A stretch of DNA of 63,682 nucleotides, counting the filler, from Phoronis australis (lineage: Eukaryota; Animalia; Phoronida): assembly GCA_002633005.1 (NCBI GenBank). It is 6 parts of 6 records of this genome, joined end to end, with 100 filler letters (N's around TTAATTAATTAA, not from the genome) between each part and the next. Parts side by side here need not be neighbours in the genome. Positions count along the whole stretch, not along the records: positions 11,887 to 23,075 come from NMRA01001539.1; positions 23,176 to 41,187 come from NMRA01000500.1; 4 more parts are not named here. The stretch is one strand, 5' to 3'. The position numbers and the translations under genes are program-made. The notes below the pieces were generated by a model. The model saw nothing but the letters and a program-made list of their open reading frames with translations, searched no databases and was not told where the DNA came from. Positions 12,802 through 25,280 of this stretch are shown piece by piece (the first letter of the stretch is position 1; each line of letters begins with the position of its first letter).

Positions 12802-14564
12802 ACAAGATTGAGTTATTCCACTGATTACGCTTTATTTATCAATGAATTGAATATCATTGAATATCAATTGTTTCTCATCATCCCCTCTTACCATCATTAA
12901 CAATTATTTGAACAGTTGATACCAATGTTTACTTGTCACTTCATAGGATTATTATTCAAAACATTACTGACTAGACAGTGGATATATTCGTGCATTTGTA
13001 CACTTCAATCAGTTGAAGTACAGGTCAACTACCTGAATGGTTCTTGATAAATTAACACACATTTCGAATATATTCCTGCACAACCAAAAAGACCTTTAAA
13101 GGAACATTATAGGAAAGAAAAGTGATTATCTGAGTTCATGGTCAGCACTGCATCATACCTTCAATCCCCAAGGTTGCAGGTGCTCTGCTGCCACAGCTTA
13201 ACACTATCAGATAAATGGCAATAAAGTATTTCAAGCAGTTTTTAAGTGGTAATTAGAGGGCCTTGGTTTCAGTTAATATCTGGCAGACAACAGCAAGAAC
13301 TGTAAAACTGTATAAAGAAAACTTAAATTTAACCGATTTTGTTGTTTTATAGTCTTAATCAAAACAAATAATTCCATGAAGTCTTTTCTAATCTAAAAAT
13401 GTGTTTTCCAATACTGTCTCTTTTAACGTAAAATGTCTCAAATTCAGTGTGTGGTAACGTTGAAGCTAGTGGCTGCTTTTCGATGAATTTTCAGATTATA
13501 AATAAATGTACACGACAAAGATGAAGCTAAATTTATAATATGTTGAATCAATTCTTATCCGATAGGTATTACAATACGATCATGAGATACATCATCAAAT
13601 TCCTAAGTGTAAGTAAAGCAGACGACAAAGCACAATTACAAGCTTCCTTTCAGTCATAAATTTATTGTACTAGATGGCAAGAAAATCAGTCATTAAAATT
13701 GCGGGCAGAAAGTTCTTAACGAGCATCTTTGCGACAGGTAAACTCTAATCAGCCATGGCAGTATAGAATTATTTTTGATGACAAAGAACATAAAAACCTG
13801 CAAAGCAATCTGTTAGGGAAGATCTACGAATTTGGTGATAGGAGGTTTACTGGATCAATACCACCGTTTTGTTATGCGAATACCCTTTTATTGGAGTTGA
13901 AACCCCTTGATTCCACCCGTAGACCCGCCACTAACCGTATAAACCCTCTTCTCTAAAGAATAATAAGTAGCATATAGGTTAAATATGTTAATGTACAATG
14001 TTTGTACCAGCGTGTTACATTTTTTATATCTCCATTGAGATACACAAAAGCATTCAAACTCAGGCTTTGCCCCGATTTAACTACTTACCATAAAATCTCA
14101 CCAATTCAGGTCAAAAACAATTATAAAAATTGACATTTTTTCATTTTTCAATCTTTCAAAATATTGTCTGGTGGTAGCTATGGTGTAGAAATATAAGAAA
14201 ATTAAATTTCACTTTTATGCTAAATTGTGTCCTAAATTGGTGATATTTTACTGTAAGATAACATGAATCAAAACAGAACAAACACTACTAACAAATACGC
14301 ACTTATACAGAACAGTCGTCTGATATGAAGACTACATGTATTGTAGTGACCCTGTGTTACTGTAGGTCATGGAACTGGCAATCTGCCAAACACCTGCCTG
14401 CCATATATTTCGTAAAACACCTTGGATATTGTTTTCACCAACAAAAAAAAGTTTAACTTATTTTATTCGCGTGAGATCAGGCTGCACTGTTACAAGGTTT
14501 AGATATAAGAGGAATGAAAGTTCTCCCAAAGTTACACACAATTTCCATTTTGGCATTCTGTGCC

Positions 14565-15207
14565 CATCTTGTGTGATGTCATCTTGAGAAAATCTCAGAG
14601 AGGAAACAAAGTGTTTCTTTCTTATTTTAGTTACTTCAGAAACTCAAAACCTAACTTCAGAATGTCGACATCTTGACTTCGAGACTCTACTTTTTCTTGA
14701 GATACAACCTACAACTAAATTGAAGAAATCCCACCTACAGTGGTTTTGGTAAATGATCACAAACTGGTCTTAAATTCTTTCATAGCAGACATCGATTCAT
14801 TCCAATTTTTCCAAGGCAAATTTCAGTGGAGACCAACAGATCAGCTTGGAAACATATCTAGGTACTTTACCGCCAAATAAAATTGACATCTTGTGTGATG
14901 TCATCTTGAGAAAATCTCAGAGAGGAAACAAAGTTTCTTTCTTATTTTAGTTACTTCAGAAACTCAAAACCTAACTTCAGAATGTCGACATCCTGACTTT
15001 GAGACTTTACTTTTTCTTGAGATAAAACCTACAACTAAATTGAAGAAATTCCACCTACAGTGGTTTTGGTAAATGACCACAAACTGGTCTTAAATTTTTT
15101 CACAGCAGACATCAATTCATTCCAATTTTTCCAAGGCAAATTTCAGTGGAGACCAACAGATCAGCTTGGAAACATATCTAGGTACTTTACCGCCAAATAA
15201 AATTGAC
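14565..15207. repeat. Tandem duplication of a ~322-bp unit, 2 copies
   Basis: CATCTTGTGTGATGTCATCTTGAG...CCGCCAAATAAAATTGAC starts at 14565 and 14887, with few substitutions. Confidence 0.95.
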
Positions 15208-15419
15208 TAAAGAAACTACTTGGTTTATACGTTACGCCACCTGCTGGAAGAATCTCGTGCAAGTGCACTTATCTTCTTCGTGTCAGGAACTTCCTTTAGA
15301 AAATGGTGGGTAATTGGATTATTTTGACAACTTTCACTTACATTTTTCACAAGTTTTTGTTCTTCCGGAAATCCCACGATGGTTCAGTTTTGATTTGCCA
15401 CAATAATGAATGGAGAACG

Positions 15420-15589
15420 TATGTATCACCGGCGAAGGGAATCATAGACAAAAATACAGATATTGGGTCCTGTGTATTTTTGTCTATGATTCCCTTCGCC
15501 GGTGATACATAACAATGAGATGTAGAAAGTTTAAGTGTATCGCCAGCAAAGCAAATCGTAGACAAAAATACAGAGGACCCAATATCTGC
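15420..15589. repeat. Perfect 39-bp-stem hairpin plus a third, inverted arm
   Basis: 15420-15458 is the exact reverse complement of 15473-15511 (14-nt loop). 15536-15589 is a diverged reverse complement of 15457-15509. Confidence 0.9.
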
Positions 15590-16329
15590 ACAAGCGCAAG
15601 TATGTGTCACTTCTCCCATATGAAATGATTCCATTCACTCTTGTGAGGTATGTATTAACTAATAATGTGGCTCGAAATCACTTCCTCAAGTATCAGGTTT
15701 GGGTTACAGCTAATCTGGTAATATTTACAGAATATGATTTGAGCCACTAACAGCGTTTAAGATTAGCTCAAACCTTATTTAGTGACCGTCATTCTAATTC
15801 ATATATCAAAAAACAGGCTTTGTCAACTAGTGAAAGTATATATTTTCTGGATAAACATAAGAGGTTATAAAAATATGTTTCGTATTGGCGCGCAATTATT
15901 ATTATTACGTCAACACCTTTTTAAAGTCAAAATTCCAATTTTTAAGAAAGGTACATCCATATAGCAAAATAAGCCCTGGTAGATTTTAAATTGTATTTGC
16001 ATACTGTTTAAGATTTTCTTCGATTATTGTCAAGAAAGTTGGACACGTTAATTTTTAAGTATGGCGGAGATTTCTCCATTGCTGCCGGCTAAAATGAATT
16101 TCTAAATATTACTACCAAAATGACTCAAAAAAAAGGTGTCAAAAGGAATGAAATATCTTCCTGGCGTGATCAAAATATTTTAAAAGAGAAATATAAACAA
16201 GGAACTCATACACAACTTTTTCTTAAATTTCCTTGACTTCACAAATGTACCTAACAACATGATCTGTTATTCTCTTAACTCATATGCTAGGATTAACTTT
16301 GAGCTTCCCTTGGTCACACTACTTTTCAG

Positions 16330-16362
16330 ACATAACAACGACAGCGAGTTCAGATACAACAG
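16330..16362 (+). CDS. Candidate 33-nt Thr/Ser-rich micro-exon (mucin-like stalk)
   Basis: cttttcAG|ACATAACAACGACAGCGAGTTCAGATACAACAG|GTGAGA; phase 1-1, frame-preserving; encodes (D)ITTTASSDTT. Confidence 0.4.
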
Positions 16363-17308
16363 GTGAGACACACTACCCTTACCGTGACCTACCCATCAAC
16401 GTTGTTGTTGCTTCTGTTGTTACTGTTGTTATTATCATTATTATCATTATTATCATTATGAATGATGAAATTATCCTAGTAAAAAACCCAATCGTGCTTG
16501 TGATGTAGTACCTATACTGAACTCCCTTGCATCTTACCAGTTAGTAGTTCATCCAGTGTACGGCTTAATAGTACCTTGCAAGTTTAGCAACAACCTGCTA
16601 CAGTTCAACCCAAAATGTAGCTATGGATGCAGTCTTGTGAATGTTGCACAAAAGGGCCTGACCTCTGAAAGTAATACCATGGCCACGGCCAAATCTGTTT
16701 TGTCTAGTTTTCTCACAAAAATAAAGATTTCGACAATGCAAGTCTATAACTGGCATGGTTTGTGCTGTGTGGATGTCATGGTACATTTTCCATTATTTAC
16801 AATAAATCAGCATTTGATCAATGAAAAAATGATAATTTTGTCAATTATTTCAGTGCAAAATAAGTAGAGAATTGCATTACCTATTGATTTGTTGTACATA
16901 ACACCAGCTTAACATGCAACGTCAGATCATCAACCTTTTGAACTCAGAAAAATACCAGCATGGAATTTATTATACTGAAGAGTAATTCATATTACATAAC
17001 AAAAGACATCAATTAATGCAGATTTATTATATTTCAAACTACTCAATGGTTACATAAGAATACAAACCATCATCTCTAAGCACACATGTATAAGCATGAC
17101 ATTGGTTATATTGTGGGTACAAAAACGAAAATGCACGTACTGACATTATCGTACTTTAGTGAAAATATGGTGAAGGTGTGAGCGAAATGACCATTCGGAG
17201 AAAACACCATCCTGACTTCAAAAAAATTCTGTTTTTAAGTGTCCACAGTGATTTTTTAATTTTCTAAATTGAGTGCCCTGGGTATTAACCCAGCCGAGAA
17301 CTGTACGT

Positions 17309-18386
17309 GATCAGTTGGGCACTCACTTTGTGGTTGATAAGCTGAGGAGGTTGATAGTAGGATCCTCACACCAAGTTGCCTAGTACCTCAGATCATTTGG
17401 CCACACGTTGTGGTTTGTAATGATGAAGACGGTGATGGTAAGGTCCTCACACCTAGTAGCCCAGAACCTTAGATCAGTTGGCGACACATGATGTGGTTTG
17501 TAATGATGAAGACGGAGATGGTAAGGTCCTCACACCTAGTAGCCCAGAACCTTAGATCAGTTGGCCACACATGTTGTGGTTTGTAATGATGAAGACGGTG
17601 ATGGTAAGGTCCTCACACCTAGTAGCCCATAACCTCAGATCAGTTGGCGACACATGATGTGGTTTGTAATGATGAAGACGGAGATGGTAGTAGCCCAGAA
17701 CCTTAGATCAGTTGCCTAGTACCTCAGATCAGTTGGCGACACATGATGTGGTTTGTAATGATGAAGACGGAGATGGTAAGGTCCTCACACCTAGTAGCCC
17801 AGAACCTTAGATCAGTTGGCCACACATGTTGTGGTTTGTAATGATGAAGACGGTGATGGTAAGGTCCTCACACCTAGTAGCCCATAACCTCAGATCAGTT
17901 GGCGACACATGATGTGGTTTGTAATGATGAAGACGGAGATGGTAGTAGCCCAGAACCTTAGATCAGTTGCCTAGTACCTCAGATCAGTTGGCGACACATG
18001 ATGTGGTTTGTAATGATGAAGACGGAGATGGTAAGGTCCTCACACCTAGTAGCCCAGAACCTTAGATCAGTTGGCCACACATGTTGTGGTTTGTAATGAT
18101 GAAGACGGTGATGGTAAGGTCCTCACACCTAGTAGCCCATAACCTCAGATCAGTTGGCGACACATGATGTGGTTTGTAATGATGAAGACGGAGATGGTAG
18201 TAGCCCAGAACCTTAGATCAGTTGCCTAGTACCTCAGATCAGTTGGCGACACATGATGTGGTTTGTAATGATGAAGACGGAGATGGTAAGGTCCTCACAC
18301 CTAGTAGCCCAGAACCTTAGATCAGTTGGCCACACATGTTGTGGTTTGTAATGATGAAGACGGTGATGGTAAGGTCCTCACACCTA
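17309..18386. repeat. 83-bp satellite organised as a 255-bp higher-order repeat, running into a gap
   Basis: Monomer AGATCAGTTGGCGACACATGATGTGGTTTGTAATGATGAAGACGG...CCCAGAACCTT. The variant junction CCTTAGATCAGTTGCCTAGTACC recurs at 17701, 17956 and 18211. Confidence 0.95.
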
Positions 18387-20406
18387 NNNNNNGGAGTTTG
18401 GTGGTGGTGGTGGATGTGGTGGAAGCGGGGTGGTGATGGCACCAGCAGTGGCAACAATGATGGATTTAGTAGAGATGGCAAAGATGGCAGCAGTAGTTAT
18501 TGTAGTTATGACTGATTGTATATAGTATATCTATAACAGAAACTGTGATAGCTGCTGTGATATTGACGGTTAGTGCAGAAAGATAACAAAGATGTTAAAG
18601 ACAATAATAGTGCTTGTGATGGTGGTGAAGACAGGGCAGGAAAGAGGATGGTACTACCAGTGCTGGTGCTATTTAGTGTTCACTATAAGGACTATTATTG
18701 TTAGAGTGGAGGTGATGCTTGTACTGGTAGTGCCAACAATAGTTATGCATAACTATTGTTGGTTGCTAAGCAACAATACAAGTAGTACTGGTGAGTTAGG
18801 TGAAGACAACGCTAATGTTATTAGAAACAGTGATGATGATATTGATGACCTTTAGCAATGGTAAAAATTACAAAATGAGAAATCCTCCAAAAGTGCTTTA
18901 TACGAAAACTTGATAAATTGTACTGATATTGAACAATGTAAATGTTTCATTGACAACATAATACATCATGCAATTCTTCCACTAATAGAAGAATCTGATT
19001 TTCTACATTTGCAGCAAATGACTGGATCTTGCCAACCACAATAGGCTCCATAGTGACTGGCAGTGCAGTTCTTATCATGTTGAAATCCTTCATAATGAAA
19101 CTTCTCAACAGGTAATGATGGCAAAGATATTTAAACTTCAAATTCACTTGACTCAAAGAATAAATTTTCTGGTTATCTTAGACAAATCCCCCTTCGGGTT
19201 CTAATTACTTATGTATGTGATGCTACGGAAGTTACATTTGTGGCCAAGATATTTTCTGTCATTTATATATGGTGATTTATTGTGAATATCTGTTGACTGC
19301 ATCTGACATGTTTATGAAAAAAATACCGAAATTATTTGCTGTTGACAAGTGTTCTCCGACAATCCTAGATTGAATTAGAACTTGGCTTCAATAGGATTTA
19401 GCCATTGTTTGATATGTAATGGTCGGGAAATCACTGGAGTCGACGACTACAATTTGAGACTCATTGAGAGAAATGGCACACAGTGAACTATATCACGGCC
19501 AGGCACTAGGAACCTGTTTGTTTGAACCTGAGTACAGTGGCTGAAAATGCACAGACACAGGCAGCGAATGAAGCAAGATGTCAATGATGAACTTAATAAG
19601 ACTTCTCAGAGTTTTCTGTCATGGCAATCTCAGTAGAACATAGGTGTTGATGGGAGTATGACAACATTATATTTTACACTGCTGCGGAATGCAGGGCTGC
19701 TAAAAGGTTCTGGATTGGAGAGTCAACAGCACTGTACATGATGGAGCTGTGCTGGTTGCTGGCCGTGCACACTGCAATAACTATTCACACATGCAGATGA
19801 CACCATCTCTGAGGTCTTGATTCACCAGTTACTGCAGCTCGCAACACTGCGTGTTTCAAAACGGCACTCCCAGCAGGTGGTGACAGAGCAGAGGAAGGAT
19901 GTAACAATGCTACAACAACTTTCTTCAGAACTTGTTATGGAGGAACTTTTCTGATCTCTGCTGACATGTCCTTTATAGTAATTTGAAGGTATGAAATGTT
20001 TGCTGCACTTATAATGGTTTGGCACCACTTTAGCCACTGCATGAAAGGATGGCGTTGCAACGGATCTTGTCACCCAACTGAAGAATGGTGAAACAGAATA
20101 CAGTCATACACTCAGCAAGAACTCATAATTTACATATTCCAGTATACAACAGCCTCCAAGCAGACCAAGTAGACTCAGAGAAAGGCAAATAACAGTCTGG
20201 TAGTTGTTATTGTTGCAATGTGACGTGTACAATGGCACTGAAATAAGGCCTCAAACATCTCTTCCGGGGAAACTTGATCAACTTCAAAATTTGTCCAGGA
20301 TAACCAAAAAGTATGCTAAGAATGGTGGCCTTCTCGTTTAAATTATAAATTTCAAGATTGAAGTAGAGACGGAATGATAAATTTCAAGAAAGAGTGGTAA
20401 AGTGCG

Positions 20407-20520
20407 AAACTGAACACTGGTGCTGAGCCAGACAGTTACCCGAGCCAAATATGGACTCTAAAATTGAAGTCAACAGACTCTAAGTTCAAAGAATATACTG
20501 CAAGGACATTTGCCTACACT
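20407..20520 (+). pseudogene. Highly decayed retrotransposon aspartic-protease-like remnant
   Basis: KLNTGAEPDSYPSQIWTLKLKSTDSKFKEYT resembles the Gypsy protease pattern KLDTGA...LK.T..KL..YTG; the catalytic D is lost. Confidence 0.3.
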
Positions 20521-21025
20521 ACTTTGAATTAGCGCCCTCTAAAGGACACATGCAGTTGACTGGCTAAGTTATGCAACTCGATCAAGGAAAAAAATGAAGA
20601 TTGAACAAATTCTGCCAAAATTTTTGAAACAATCAGTCGCCGATGATGCAAAATTAAATAATAGAAACTGTTTTTTCAGTTGTCAGGAGTTCACATTTTG
20701 CAGAATAGACAATTGAAGATACCTTATTGTTCTAGAATACTACTATCAATGGCAAAAAATAACTGACGGACTTCATTGTGTCGGAATTCTTTTTTATAAA
20801 TGGAAGCACTTGCCTACATTTCGCACTTAGCACTGAGACTTTACCATTGCTACTCTAAAATTCATACATTTTTCAGATGACTTTCTGGTTTAAGGCTAAA
20901 GATTTAATCCGATGATGCTATCATTTGGTTACAGTTGGCACTTATCATGTCAGAAATCAACTCTGTAACTATTACTTTTAACATATTCTCTAATCAATCC
21001 AATGATACTGGCTCTGTGATTATAG

Positions 21026-21671
21026 GAACAAAGATGTTGCCAATCAAGACAAGCCTAGTGGTAATGCGGGGGTTGACAACCCCGACTACATCGATGCCTA
21101 CAATGGCACTCCACTGACATCTCTACAGTCATCCCTTCCTGGTGCTCCTATGACAAAGCTGCCCGTCACAGATCGGATGGTCAACAAAATGACTTCATAT
21201 CACAAAACAATGGAGATAGATGTGGATGCCCTCTACAAACAGTTCAATCCCCCCAATAGGTCCAACACAACGAATGGGGTACCAGTGGGTAGACCAACCT
21301 CAGAGCAGTTCCAGCGACAGTCACAAATAGCAAAGCCATTGCCGGCCAACTCAGTCGTTCCAAACGGTGTCCAACAGCCCAATCAACTGCCAGCTCCAAC
21401 TTTAGCTGTGGTTGATATCAGTCAACTATCTATGTTACAAGCAGGCCCCAACAACAGATCTGTAGTCACAAATGGTGTTAGACCCGTGCAGCCACGACCA
21501 GAGACCGGTAGGATCTCCAGACCCGTAAATATGGGAGTGCAGGACAACGGATTACCTGCACTGACACCTGCAGATGGTGATCTTTACTATGCTTATCAGC
21601 AAATGCCTGAGCAGGACTACTGTTTTTATGGTGAACTTTACCCTCCAACAAAGGGTGTCTACAATGTCTAA
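21026..21671 (+). CDS. Terminal coding exon: cytoplasmic tail of a probable single-pass receptor (NPxY motif, C-terminal YNV PDZ-type motif)
   Basis: Acceptor tatAG at 21025 extends the 173-aa ORF upstream: NKDVANQDKPSGNAGVDNPDYIDAY...PPTKGVYNV*. 214 open codons in otherwise ORF-poor DNA; AATAAA at ~22292. Confidence 0.75.
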
Positions 21672-22687
21672 ATATGTGGAGACACCTATTGGTAAATTAA
21701 CAAGCTAAACCATATATTCAAGTCATCGAGATTGAGTATGTAATACTTTTTAATGAAGTAGTTATAGCACTTACTAAGTGCACTAATAAGTTTAACGAGA
21801 AACAGTCATGTTTTGAGCAAGTAAATACTCCGCGACAATACTGTTACACTTGGCAATAGATGTCACTATCATACACTGAACTAGTACAGAGCAACAAATA
21901 CTAGAATGATCTTGAACACAAATTTTAATATCAACAGCACATCACAAATGTGAAACTGTGACAGACCTGCCATAGATAGTATTTATCTCAGAAGTGACTT
22001 TATTTGTTAACTATGTTTTTAACCTTTTCATTCATTTATTTATATGGTATTTTCCAGCTCATGTAAATTTCTTTAAAGAAAGCATAGGAAACATTTTGTC
22101 TGTTGGGCATTAATGACACTTAGTCCTTGTAGAGTCACTTATGAACAGGGCTTTACAGCTCATAAGCAGTTTATTTTTGTAGAGATTCCGTTATTAGTAA
22201 GCGGATATTATTTAATTTTGCAACAGTTTGGTTGATGTTTTAATTTCCTAACCGTTTACTAATCTGAGTTGTGGGCTGCTAAATATTACTTAATAAACTT
22301 ATCTATGACAGGACAGTATTATATAATTTAACACTAAATAACAGAAACTACAAACTGAGCATTAAATAAAAGTAGCTTTAATGTTTCTTACAATCCATTT
22401 CCCATAATAATAGCAACATAATCATCTAAGCCTTGTCACCAGATGGCGATAGCATATATGGTGAACAGTGTTCTGCATTCTGCATGCTGGTATCGGGATT
22501 CAATGCAGTGGAATTTCTCTAGTGTTTTTTAAGAATACCATGATGACTTTGAATATCCCTTGATGTGCTACGAGATGTAATCAGAAGATTCACATAATAA
22601 TATCCACCTTCTCAAGTTTTTGAAGGACAGATCCTGTTGTTGAACTTGTCAAATCAGCACGTCTTGTCCACTTGAATTAGAAACTGC

Positions 22688-22911
22688 ATCAAGCTAGACA
22701 CTTCTGAGCTCTCACTACACTATCAAGCAAGATGGTACTGAGGTCTCACAACACTATCAAGTTAGGCAATACTGAGCTCTCACTACACTATCAAGTTAGG
22801 CGATACTGAGCTCTCACTACACGTACTATCAAGCTAGACGTTAGTGAGCTCTCACTACACTATCAAGTTAGGCGATACTGATCTCTCACTACACTATCAA
22901 GCCAGGAAATA
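22688..22911. repeat. 34-bp minisatellite, ~6.5 copies
   Basis: CTGAGCTCTCACTACACTATCAAGTTAGGCGATA units at 22704, 22738, 22772, 22806, 22844 and 22878. Confidence 0.92.
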
Positions 22912-22913
22912 CT

Positions 22914-23075
22914 TACCGTAAACGTTCGGGTTAACGCCCTGGGCGGTTAAATTGGCAAACCCAAAAAATCGGGGGTGGGCGGTTAACCAGACATGGGCGC
23001 TTAAACGTGAAATTTCAAGAAATCCAGGGTGGGCGGTTAACCGAACATGGGCGCTTATTACGACAGGCAACCGCC
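22914..23075. mobile_element. Tc1/mariner-pogo-like MITE end (TA|CCGTA...), cut by gap
   Basis: TACCGTAAACGTTCGGGTTAACGCCC terminus with repeated GGGCGGTTAA / ATGGGCGCTTA motifs. Confidence 0.55.
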
Positions 23076-23175
23076 NNNNNNNNNNNNNNNNNNNNNNNNN
23101 NNNNNNNNNNNNNNNNNNNTTAATTAATTAANNNNNNNNNNNNNNNNNNNNNNNNNNNNNNNNNNNNNNNNNNNN

Positions 23176-23298
23176 TTTCGTGCCTTCTTGGACTCTTTTG
23201 ACTGAAACTCTCCAAGCTTCTTGTAATCTGGTGTCTTTTGGAAACTTGTGGACGCCTTTCGATGATTTGCACCCCGGCACACAACAATAGTACGGCAT
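23176..23298 (-). CDS. THAP zinc-finger N-terminus of a DNA transposon ORF (P or ISL2EU/Harbinger type), cut by gap
   Basis: MPYYCCVPGCKSSKGVHKFPKDTRLQEAWRVSVKR fits THAP (C-x4-C...H.FP.D......W). Possible element terminus CAATGGGGCTATT at 23432. Confidence 0.8.
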
Positions 23299-24204
23299 AG
23301 TAAACGACGTAGTTTTACAAAAATTCGACGTTGTTACCATCTGTTTACATCTAGAAAGCGACGCATGCGCAATTCAATCACCACTAGTACAGCAGCGACA
23401 CCGCGAGGAGAATTCTCCGAATAGCCCCATTGCCGTGTTAAGAACTCAAACATGAAACAAAACCATGATGGATTTTGAAGGGAGCTTCAAGAGAACAAAA
23501 ACAAAAACACTTTTATTGATTAAAATACACATTTTCTTTCTCATTCTATTGAAAGTGGATGTTAGTTTATGTGTTCTAACCATTTCCAATCACACAGTAG
23601 TTTTATTGCACGTTGAATGTCATTAAAGTATGAATTTATCAGTGCTTACATTGTTCGGACTGCGCTTCTAACTGAGTATTGATTATTCACCGTTTGGAGC
23701 GCTAGTGTTTCGACCGGTAACCATTGCGGCGAATGGTAAAATGGCGGAGTGAACTCTCCTGCACTAGTACACTCCTTGGTTTGATCTAAAACTCGGTTTG
23801 CTGGTCTTTAAAATACTAAAAACATATAACGAAATCAAACCAGTTCCGACAATTTGTTGTGACATGTACCCAACCTCGTGGCAGGGAAAAACAGTTGATA
23901 GAGGAATAAACGGGAAAAGAAACTGTTCAGGTCAGGTGACGTAATCGCCAAAAGCCTACTCACAAGAGAGCACTTCAATTTTAGCAGTAGATCAGCGACA
24001 GAACGCCAATTTTCCAACACTGGTAGGCTAAATAATTTGGTTTACTCAAAGAAGAACGGGTAGCTTTTAGTGAAACTACTTTTGAGTCAAATATTATTCA
24101 GTCATTTCTACCTACACCGGTGCCAATCTGTAGATTTTGTGTACAGCTTTGACCTAGTCTAGCACAGATCTTGGTGATCGGGAATTTTGTCGGATCGGAG
24201 TCCT

Positions 24205-24280
24205 TGTCCTTGTTGAGTGGCCCTTAAAAGGGTCGTTGGTTGTAGGTATAGTGGGAAATGGTTCTTAAAAGAACAGTTGA
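24205..24280 (-). other. Two tandem histone-mRNA-type 3' stem-loop motifs, each one mismatch from consensus
   Basis: Minus strand: TCAAC-TGTTCT-TTTA-AGAACC-ATT (24260-24275) and CCAAC-GACCCT-TTTA-AGGGCC-ACTCA (24219-24234), followed by purine-rich CAAGGACAAGG. Confidence 0.5.
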
Positions 24281-25280
24281 ATAATTTAACATAAATCACA
24301 CAGTATACCATGCTCACTCAAGTACTGAAGGTCGTCTTCATTCAAGTTTTCATCTGGGAAGGTTGGATGAAAACAGAGGAGAGGACAATATCGATGCCGG
24401 ACAGTTGTAACACCTTTATATAAATGTTACCGTTCTCCAACGTTATCGCGAACCCTGCCTCTTTCAGTTCTTGTTCCTGGATTCAGAAGTAACCCTGAAC
24501 CATAGGGAAAAAGACATACAACGAAAACGAATCAAATTTTGAAAATCATCGCCTTCGTACGATTCCGTGTTGCTGTCGTCAGACTGATGTTCCTCTCCAA
24601 AATCAATGTCAAAATCGACGTTACATGTGATGGAAACTTGTGTCCTTTGTTTCTAACTTTTAACCCATTTTTTAAGAAAGGGGTGCACTGATTTTGTCTA
24701 ACGTTGATAGAGCATACATGTAACTTTTGTTTTTTTTACAATGCATTAATTGTGTTGAATGCATTCATATTAGGTGGCTTCATTCAGTTCAACAGAAAAT
24801 AAATTAAATGTAACACAATAAAGTTTTGAAAATAAATAGAACAGTAACAGGACTCCCTAAAAATCGAACTGTTTTCGAAAACTTTGCGCCATTGGTGATC
24901 TGATTGGTTCATGCATTTACGGCGGGAAAATAATAGACCAAGTATCGTGCACGTGTGCACTGTACCAACACTTTGTATCTTATTCTTATTTGGCCAATCT
25001 GTTGATACAGTAAATTTCCTTATTTATGCCCATCCAGATTTGACTGCAACTTCAGCTTGTTGGGTTCTATCATATATTGGGTTGGCGTTGGGACCCACAT
25101 GATGCTTACTCGAATGGGCTTCATTTTACCAAGTATTTCAAATTGAGGTGAAGTAAATAAACAAAGTGGGTGATTATCATCACCAGAATTCCATCATTAG
25201 TATCTTTTTCCGGGTGCTCAAATTTTCTGAGACTAGGGATTGTTAGATTTGTAAGGTAGAAGTGTTTCGCTAGATTTCCA

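Noticed and set aside
16380-16460. Apparent transmembrane helix VVVASVVTVVIIIIIIIII
   Set aside because: Encoded by a GTT/ATT/ATC trinucleotide microsatellite lying after a strong GTGAGA donor, with no suitable downstream donor seen; probably intronic, though not fully excluded.
18860-19700. Weak resemblance to transposon accessory proteins (SAMD3-like C-terminus on minus ~18900-19080; LFEPEY motif on plus ~19510-19540)
   Set aside because: Too degenerate to support without a profile search.
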